From Armatimonadota bacterium (GTDB lineage: Bacteria; Armatimonadota; SYMT01; JACQGL01), in NCBI GenBank assembly GCA_016199525.1, contig JACQGL010000186.1, positions 6,482 to 70,481 of the forward strand: a stretch of 64,000 nucleotides of DNA. Reading direction: 5' to 3'. The translations under genes and the position numbers were made by a program. Shown here piece after piece: positions 57,484-64,000 of the stretch. Under the pieces are notes generated by a model. It was not told the DNA's origin. It worked only from the letters and a program-made list of their open reading frames with translations, and made no database searches. Within the stretch, counting starts at the first letter, position 1. Each line of letters opens with the position of its first letter.

Positions 57484-57817
57484 TCCCTCCTATCGGCAAC
57501 CTTCGCCGCCGGTCTCCTACCGGGCGGTATCACCGGAAGGATGGGAGGCTGTTGCCTCCTCCCTCATGCCAATAGTGGCGACTTGTGAACCGTCCTCAAG
57601 CCCAGGCAGGGCCGCGCCACCTTCCTTTCGCCGCCCGTACGGAAAGAGACCCTGCGCGCCAGCGCAGGGTCCCAGATGTGCGGGGTGGACATAGGGGCCA
57701 GTTACGAGGTCCATCCGCGAGGGCAAACCCCTCCTCAATGGAGGGCGGTGGGGCGCTCGTTACCGGGGTCCTATTGCCTCCCTCCGGCGTACACCGGGGG
57801 AGTCGAGAGCCAGAAGA

Positions 57818-57961
57818 TCAGCTGCCTTTACCGATCTTGAAGATCTTCGTGCCGCAGGTGGGGCAAACACCCTCTGTTGCCGGGCGGCCATTCTTCATTG
57901 TGATCGACTTGGCGTTCTTGATCTCCTTTTTAGTACGACACTTCACGCAGTAGCCGTCCAA
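57818..57961 (-). CDS. DUF5679-like small zinc-ribbon protein (47 aa)
   Basis: YCVKCRTKKEIKNAKSITMKNGRPATEGVCPTCGTKIFKIGK matches my recollection of DUF5679. A TTG start at 57961 is proposed, 4 nt after GGGAGGAGGGAG. The longer track ORF upstream looks like noise. Confidence 0.7.
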   Translation of the reverse strand: MDGYCVKCRTKKEIKNAKSITMKNGRPATEGVCPTCGTKIFKIGKGS

Positions 57962-58167
57962 TCCACTCCCTCCTCCCTGGCAGCGGCGTTCGCTTCCAGA
58001 ATTCGCAGGCTGAAGCGAAATTCCTTCTGCCTGCGCCCACTGTGCAAAATTTTCGTAAAGTTCTCCCCCCTGGGGGATGGGTTGCGGTGGTTTCACGGGG
58101 CGACAACTCGTGCTCTGCGCCGCGGGTGGAGATAGCCATCTTCCCGCGCCATCTCTCCCGCCGCGCG

Positions 58168-58932
58168 CTAGCGCGCCGTCCACCCGCCGTCCACGGTAAG
58201 CACCGCGCCCGTGGTGAAGCTGGCTGCCTCCGAGGCCAGATAGAGCACCGCGCCCACCAGCTCCCGGGGATCGCCCCAGCGCCCGAGAGGGATCTGCTGC
58301 GTGAAGTCCTCCCGCGCGGCGCCAGTGATCAGACGGCGGGTAAGCGGGGTATCGAACGGCCCGGGACAGATCGCATTCACGGTGATGTTATGCGGGGCCA
58401 GCTCCACCGCCCAGCAGCGTGTCAGGTTGATCAGTCCCCCCTTGCTGGCGCAGTAGGCGCTCCGCTTTGGGTAGCCCACCAGTCCGAAGGTCGAGGCGAT
58501 GTTGATGATCCGGCCGGAGCGCCGCGGGATCATGTGCTGCGTCACCGCCCGCGCGCACAGCACGGGACCGGTCAGGTTGATGCGGAGCACCTCGGACCAG
58601 TCCTCCTCGGACAACTGGTGGACAAGGCCGTGCCGGTTGACGCCCGCGTTGTTGACCAGGATATCGATCTGCCCGAAGGCGTCCAGGCCGGTGGCTACCG
58701 TGCGCTCCACGTCTTCGGCGCGACCGACATCCGCCTCGACGGCGAGCGTGCGCTGACCGGTATCGCGCTGAATCGCCGCGGCGACCGCTTCCACCTGTTC
58801 GCCGTGGCGGCTGGTAAGGATTACCGATGCGCCCGCCTCCGCCAGCGCCCGAGCGCCGGCCTCTCCCAGCCCCTTGCTGCCGCCGGTGACGAGCGCGACC
58901 TTGCCTTCCAAGGAGAAGATTTCGATGCCCAC
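58168..58932 (-). CDS. SDR-family oxidoreductase
   Basis: VTGGSKGLGEAGA, NNAG and YCASKGG motifs. GTG 58932 lies 6 nt after GGAGG. The upstream part of the track ORF overlaps the esterase gene end and is rejected. Confidence 0.85.
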   Translation of the reverse strand: MGIEIFSLEGKVALVTGGSKGLGEAGARALAEAGASVILTSRHGEQVEAVAAAIQRDTGQRTLAVEADVGRAEDVERTVATGLDAFGQIDILVNNAGVNRHGLVHQLSEEDWSEVLRINLTGPVLCARAVTQHMIPRRSGRIINIASTFGLVGYPKRSAYCASKGGLINLTRCWAVELAPHNITVNAICPGPFDTPLTRRLITGAAREDFTQQIPLGRWGDPRELVGAVLYLASEAASFTTGAVLTVDGGWTAR

Positions 58933-59050
58933 GCTATGCCTCCGTCTGGTTTCTGGTTGGTCGCGGTCAGGAATTAGGACTGGCCGGGGTGCGGATGCAC
59001 GCGGAGTGCCTGATGCTCCTTCCCGGCCTGACGGAGCGCCCGTGTGCCGG

Positions 59051-60004
59051 TCACCGGGCGGCAAAACAGCGGAGGAAGAACGCCACCATCTCGTGGTGTA
59101 CCGCGTCCATACCTTCACCCTTCGCCGCGTAGTCGTCCCGGTGGCGCAGCACGCATTCGATCTTCAATGGATCAAGTTTCTCTTTCAGCGCTTCCCCGAA
59201 TCTGGGATGGTGGATGCCCTGTCCCGGCGGGGCATCGGGTGGCAACGACCCTTTCGGCTCGGAGTAGAACAGGAACACGGGCGGGTCCCCGGCCGAGACA
59301 TAGTTGATCGGTGAGGCCTCCTCGTAGAGCTTATGGGCTTGCGGGGTATCCAGCTCGTCCGGCTTCAGGCCGTAGAACAGGGGCAACGCGGGGTGCTGGT
59401 AGGCACGTCCGCCAATCAAGTTCTTGATGAATCGCGGGTCATAGGAAGTCTGCGCGCCGATAACAGCCATGCACGACAGTCGCGTAGACTGCCGTGCGGC
59501 CGGGTCCTCGCTCCTGGGATCGGCCAGGTCATCGTGGAAGCCCAGCCAGAGAGAAATCCCCGCGCCTGCGGAGCCGCCGGTGGCTGCCACTCGCCGGGGG
59601 TCGAGATGCCACTCTTCGGCGTGGAGCCGGAGGAACTGGATGGCCCGCGCGCTGTCCAGCATTGGCGCCGGGAACGGCGCGTCCTGCGACAGGCGATAGT
59701 TGATGGCAGCTACCGAGATCCCCGCGGCCAGGCAGCGTCTCAGTAGAGACGGTGCGAGGTCGGACTTGTCGCCGCTGCGGAAGCCGCCGCCGTGGATGAA
59801 TACCACCAGCGGCGTTGGCTGGTCCGATTTCGCCTTCCACAGGTCGAGGAGGTTGCGTTCGTGGGGGCCATACTGGACGTTCTGCAGATCCGGCTGCGGC
59901 AGTGCCTGTCCCTGGGCCCGCACAGGAGCCAGGATGAGCAAGAGCACGCCCGGCGCGGCAAGCGCAGTAATGAGAACTGCCTTGAGATATCCTATTCGTT
60001 GCAT
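59051..60004 (-). CDS. Secreted alpha/beta-hydrolase (esterase/lipase, HGGG type)
   Basis: A signal-like N-terminus, VVFIHGGGF (oxyanion HGGG) and TGGSAGAG (GxSxG). Confidence 0.8.
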   Translation of the reverse strand: MQRIGYLKAVLITALAAPGVLLLILAPVRAQGQALPQPDLQNVQYGPHERNLLDLWKAKSDQPTPLVVFIHGGGFRSGDKSDLAPSLLRRCLAAGISVAAINYRLSQDAPFPAPMLDSARAIQFLRLHAEEWHLDPRRVAATGGSAGAGISLWLGFHDDLADPRSEDPAARQSTRLSCMAVIGAQTSYDPRFIKNLIGGRAYQHPALPLFYGLKPDELDTPQAHKLYEEASPINYVSAGDPPVFLFYSEPKGSLPPDAPPGQGIHHPRFGEALKEKLDPLKIECVLRHRDDYAAKGEGMDAVHHEMVAFFLRCFAAR

Positions 60005-60125
60005 TCCACACGCCTATGGCATATACAGGTAGAGAACGCTGGCCGGAGCGTTCACAGGCGCGGCGCGGAGGACGCGAGTCGATTCCCCGGCGTGGCGTAC
60101 GTTCCCTACCAGAGCGGCGCCATAG

Positions 60126-61412
60126 TTACTCCAACCGGACTTCGATCGCGCGGGCGTGTGCTTCCAGCCCCTCCGCGCGGGCAAGGGTCTGCGCGTGGGA
60201 GGCATCCCTCCGGAAGGCGGATTCTCCGTATTCGATCACCGATATCCGCTTCAGGAAGCTGCTCACGTGCAGCGGGGAGGAGAAGCGGGCAGTGCCGCCC
60301 GTGGGCAGGATGTGGCTCGGCCCCGCCACGTAATCGCCCATCGGCTCGGAGGAGTAGCCGCCCAGGAAGACCGCACCGGCGTTCCGGATACGCGGCAGCC
60401 AGGCGCGGGGATCGGCCACCAGCAGCTCCACGTGTTCCGGGGCGCACCGGTTCGCCAGGGCGCAGGCTTCGTCCAGGTCTCGGGTGACAATGGCCCAGCC
60501 GCGCTTCTCCAGACAGGCACGCGCCACTTCCGCGCGCGGCAGGCCCGACAGCTGCCGCGCTACCTCGTCCATCACCGCGCGGGCCAGCGGCAGCGACGGC
60601 GTGAGGAGGATCGCCAGCGAGTCCTGCCCGTGCTCCGCCTGCGAGATCAAGTCGGCGGCAACCCACCGTGCGGTGGCACTCTGGTCCGCAATCACCACGA
60701 TCTCCGACGGCCCCGGCAGGCTATGGATATCCACGTGGCCGAACACCAGCCGCTTGGCCATCACCACGTACGGGTTGCCCGCGCCGAAGATCTTGTCGAC
60801 ACGAGGAATCGATTCCGTGCCAAACGCCAGGGCGGCCACCGCCTGCGCCCCCCCAACGCGGAAATAGCGGTCCACCCCTGCCACGCGGGCGGCGGCCAGC
60901 AGGTGAGGATCCACAGAGCCATCGCGCCGTGGGGCGGAGCAAACGATCACCTCTGGCACGCCCGCGGCGCGAGCGGGGACGGCGGCCATCAACAGCGTGG
61001 ACGGGAGGGGCGCCTTGCCCGCGGGGACGTGGATGCCGACGCGATCCAGCGGGCGCTCGATGTAGCCGAAGCGCGCGTCATCCCGCTCGCTGAACCAGTC
61101 CCCGCGCGGCTGGGCGCCATAGAAGGCGGCAATGTGCGCCGCCGCCGCTTCTATGGCCGCCAGTGCTGTCGGAGCGATCCGCGCGCGGGCGGCGTTCACC
61201 TCTGCGGGGGACACTGCGAGCACGTCCAGCTCCACGCCGTCGAACTCGCGCACGAATTCGCGGATCGCCGCATCGCCCCGCGTGCGCACGCTCTCCACAA
61301 TGGCGCGTGTGGCCACGGCCAGTTCGGCGGGGGGCACGGGAGAGATCGGGGCGAGGGCGCCTTCGATCGCCTCCGGCGGATCTACCAGGGTGCTCAACAG
61401 CCGCAGCGCCAT
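60126..61412 (-). CDS. hisD: Histidinol dehydrogenase
   Basis: HisD-like sequence throughout (SQAEHG, GDY..GP.H.LPT). ATG 61412 gives 428 aa, a typical length. The track ORF extends a further 130 codons upstream (see findings). Confidence 0.9.
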   Translation of the reverse strand: MALRLLSTLVDPPEAIEGALAPISPVPPAELAVATRAIVESVRTRGDAAIREFVREFDGVELDVLAVSPAEVNAARARIAPTALAAIEAAAAHIAAFYGAQPRGDWFSERDDARFGYIERPLDRVGIHVPAGKAPLPSTLLMAAVPARAAGVPEVIVCSAPRRDGSVDPHLLAAARVAGVDRYFRVGGAQAVAALAFGTESIPRVDKIFGAGNPYVVMAKRLVFGHVDIHSLPGPSEIVVIADQSATARWVAADLISQAEHGQDSLAILLTPSLPLARAVMDEVARQLSGLPRAEVARACLEKRGWAIVTRDLDEACALANRCAPEHVELLVADPRAWLPRIRNAGAVFLGGYSSEPMGDYVAGPSHILPTGGTARFSSPLHVSSFLKRISVIEYGESAFRRDASHAQTLARAEGLEAHARAIEVRLE

Positions 61413-61874
61413 TTCGTGTGCATCCCACAGGATCCGGCAGCCATCAGTGGCAGGTCCGCACGTTCCCACTTGCCAACCCTCTGCGGCGGGAACGCTTCCA
61501 CCGCCCCGTCTCCGAGCCGATGGCTCCAGCTCCCGGACCGAGTGCTCCGTTTCCCGCTGGTTGGGGAGGGCGGCAGGCAGCCAGCCATCGCCATGAAGCA
61601 TATCAGCGTGGGGGAGCAAATGCCGAAAGTACGTCTTCCCAACCACCCCCTCCGGCCCCGTTGCTCCCACGCGGCGCACGTCCGCTATGCTGCCGTGCAG
61701 GTAGCGACCCTCGGTGTGGGAGATGAGAATGTCGCCACAGTTGAGGAACGAGTCACCGCGGCCGCAGTCCCGACGCAGTCGCGATCCGTGCCGAGGCAGC
61801 ACCTCGATCCGGTGGCGGTTGCCACCGAACCTGATCCCCGCTGCCTTCTCTCCGCGGATAGGGGGAGGGTTCTA

Positions 61875-63044
61875 TCAGTGGCGCTGGTAGAAGCCATCGT
61901 CGATGACGGGGGTGTATGCGCCCGCCTCATCCCGCTTTAGCTTGCCGAACTGCGGGATTTTCAACCGCTCGCCGTCCCGGAGGCAGGACTGGTGCGCGAC
62001 GATACCCGGGGCGCAGAACGCCACGGCCTCGTACACGTTGACTTCCGGTATGCGCTGATCGAGGATAGCGCGCACCCAGTCCTCCACGACATAGGGGTGC
62101 GAGCCGTCGTGCCCGCCATAGGTGTACTTGACCAGCGGATCGGGCAGCGGCGCGTAGAGGGAGCGACGATACCAGGGGGTCGGCGGCTCGAGCCCGCCGT
62201 CGGTGGTGCGCTGGTGGATCTGATAGCTGCTCTCCCAGCCGCCCTGGTGCGGAGAAACGAAGGTCAGGTTCTGGCCATAGATGGAGAACTTCTCCACCCC
62301 ACCGAACGCCAGGCGTCGCATCTCCATAATGCGCACTGGCACGCCGTCGTGCGTCTTGAACAGTCCCACTGCGTTCCCGAACTGGCACTGCCAGTAGGTG
62401 TCCGCGCGGTAAACCGCATCGTCGGGCACGGGCGAGGGGTAGGCAGTGACCTCAACCAGCCGGCCACCGGTTACCCCCAGGGTGTGCCCCGTGGAGTGAG
62501 TGATGTAGAGGAAGGGCGGGAAGCCGGCGGCGCGCCAGTCCTTGCCGCCGTACTCCGTGGGGCTGTGGGTGGGGGCATTGTGCACGTCGTCGTGCAGATA
62601 CTCCGCCTCCATATACACGATGCGCCCGAAGCGGCCTTCCCGGCACCACTGCCGGCACTGCGCCGTGGGCGGGCGCCAGTAGCTGGTCTCCGCGTTGGCG
62701 TAGGTCAGGCCCGTCTCCTGGACGGTAGCGACCAGCGCCTCGCACTCCGCCAGCGTGATGGCTGCGGGCACGGCGCACAGGACGTGCTTGCCCGCCCGTA
62801 GCGCGGCGATGGCGTGCTCCGCATGGCGCGGCGCGTGTGTGAACACCGCCACTGCGTCCACGTCCCGCATCGCCAGCACCTCGTCCAGCGTGCGCACGGC
62901 CCGGGGAACGCGCAGCTCCCGCGCCGTGTCCGCGACCATCTTCTCGTTCAGGTCGGCCACGCAGAGGAGTATAACATCAGGGTGATCGTTCAGGATGCGC
63001 GCGAACGAGCGCCCGAAACCCAGACCCACAACGGCAGCGCGCAT
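61875..63044 (-). CDS. Gfo/Idh/MocA-family oxidoreductase
   Basis: MRAAVVGLGFGRSF Rossmann N-terminus and EHAIAALRAGKHVLCAVP (the EKP-like motif region). Confidence 0.85.
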   Translation of the reverse strand: MRAAVVGLGFGRSFARILNDHPDVILLCVADLNEKMVADTARELRVPRAVRTLDEVLAMRDVDAVAVFTHAPRHAEHAIAALRAGKHVLCAVPAAITLAECEALVATVQETGLTYANAETSYWRPPTAQCRQWCREGRFGRIVYMEAEYLHDDVHNAPTHSPTEYGGKDWRAAGFPPFLYITHSTGHTLGVTGGRLVEVTAYPSPVPDDAVYRADTYWQCQFGNAVGLFKTHDGVPVRIMEMRRLAFGGVEKFSIYGQNLTFVSPHQGGWESSYQIHQRTTDGGLEPPTPWYRRSLYAPLPDPLVKYTYGGHDGSHPYVVEDWVRAILDQRIPEVNVYEAVAFCAPGIVAHQSCLRDGERLKIPQFGKLKRDEAGAYTPVIDDGFYQRH

Positions 63045-63194
63045 AGTCTCGTCTCCTTGCTCGGATTGATCGCAAAGGCCGCAGACAGATTGGCTTCCCT
63101 CCGGTCATAAACCTTCTGCACGGCCAGGCCTGGCGGCTCGGTGAGAATGCAGTTATCCGCCGATCAGCCTTAGCGTGCACGGTGAGCCGTCCTC

Positions 63195-64000
63195 TCAGGC
63201 GCAATCGACGGTCCGTGTTTCTATTCTGGCTCCCATCCTGGCCAGATCCTCGATCAACCGCCCGGGATCTACCACGTGGCCCATCATCCACAGCCCGGGT
63301 TTGGCGAGAGTGCCGTCCAGGTACTGAAGTACGCATGCCACCGCGCATACGGCGGTAAACTCGTAAGCATCACTGTGCTGAATCGCCATTCGCAGAGAGT
63401 GGGGCTGGTCGTCTTTCTCGCCCGAGGCAGCCAGCGTGACGACTACGCCAAACGGCGGCCTGGAGAAGGTGTTGATTCCCCACACCATCAGCCTGGCCAA
63501 AGGGCCGGCGGCAAATCCTTCGCGAATCTTTGCCAGAACGATGGCCAACGGGAACACCAGATAATCGACAAACCAGTTGAATCCCGCCACGTAGATTCCC
63601 GTTCGCTCCAGGGCGTACTGCTCTGGCAGAGCGCGCATCTCCTCCAGCTGAATGGGATAGCAGAGGCGAGTGCCGAAATTCGGGCCGAAATCGATCTTGC
63701 GCGTATCTTGATAGGTGGCTTTGCGCCAGCGTCCTTCCGTGAACAATCGGCTCTCGGAACTGCCGAGATCCTTGATCAATTCCTGGACCGAGTCCGTCAT
63801 TTGCAGACGACCGCTCATCACCATATCGACGTCCGCCTGGCGCAGGTGAGTGAAGTGGGATGCGGCGTGGCGGACGAGGGCAGAGGGAAGACCGGGATGG
63901 AAGCCGGCCTCAGTGATGAAGCAGCGCCCTGCCTCCCGAATGGCGGGCGCCAGCGACTGGAGCACGGGCACCTTCTTCTGCGCGTAGTGAATGTCCAGGT
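63195..64000 (-). CDS. Saccharopine-dehydrogenase-like protein, C-terminal part (5' end beyond window)
   Basis: The reading frame stays open to the window edge (..LDIHYAQKKVPVLQSL..). ITEAGFHPGLPSAL resembles the Sacchrp_dh catalytic-domain junction. The family call is tentative. Confidence 0.5.
   Translation of the reverse strand, partial: LDIHYAQKKVPVLQSLAPAIREAGRCFITEAGFHPGLPSALVRHAASHFTHLRQADVDMVMSGRLQMTDSVQELIKDLGSSESRLFTEGRWRKATYQDTRKIDFGPNFGTRLCYPIQLEEMRALPEQYALERTGIYVAGFNWFVDYLVFPLAIVLAKIREGFAAGPLARLMVWGINTFSRPPFGVVVTLAASGEKDDQPHSLRMAIQHSDAYEFTAVCAVACVLQYLDGTLAKPGLWMMGHVVDPGRLIEDLARMGARIETRTVDCA

Overview
GC-rich bacterial chromosomal window (about two-thirds G+C by eye, not computed), densely coded on both strands. 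All calls come from reading the sequence and ORF track and from remembered family motifs; no database search was run. Content is mostly housekeeping: purA, galE, moaA/moaD/moaE, glyQ-glyS, xerC-hslV-hslU-hisB, serS, mfd, plsC, thrB, hisD, plus tRNA-Gly(UCC) and tRNA-Pro(UGG). There are two sigma factors: a SigB/F-type group 3 sigma and a Bacillus SigH-like sigma preceded by a DUF4342 gene. I found no rRNA, CRISPR array, transposase or clear prophage. Many long ORFs in the track are antisense shadows of real genes, as expected at this GC content. The most unusual locus is 21.0-22.7 kb, an ArsR-type regulator, a CopZ-N-terminal-like Cys-rich protein and a MerT-like membrane protein fused to an HMA domain. 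That HMA domain is interrupted by one in-frame TGA near where the first Cys of the GMTCxxC motif is expected, so it is either a selenocysteine candidate or a fresh nonsense mutation. Other points worth a second look:
- An accessory or decaying patch at 27.4-34.5 kb, with an orphan phage-portal-like gene, a VIT-vWA protein, a gamma-glutamyltransferase remnant and an alpha/beta-hydrolase remnant.
- A single-polypeptide STAS plus RsbW-like kinase fusion.
- moaD and moaE separated by a double ICMT-like membrane methyltransferase.
- A membrane-anchored AAA+ ATPase next to a nucleotidyltransferase, a CPBP protease and a GNAT.
- A recurrent intergenic hairpin, CCCCGAAAGCNTTCGGGG.
- A set of near-consensus TTGCCN/TTGACA-17-TATAAT promoters.
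Start codons are my best choices and several are uncertain.
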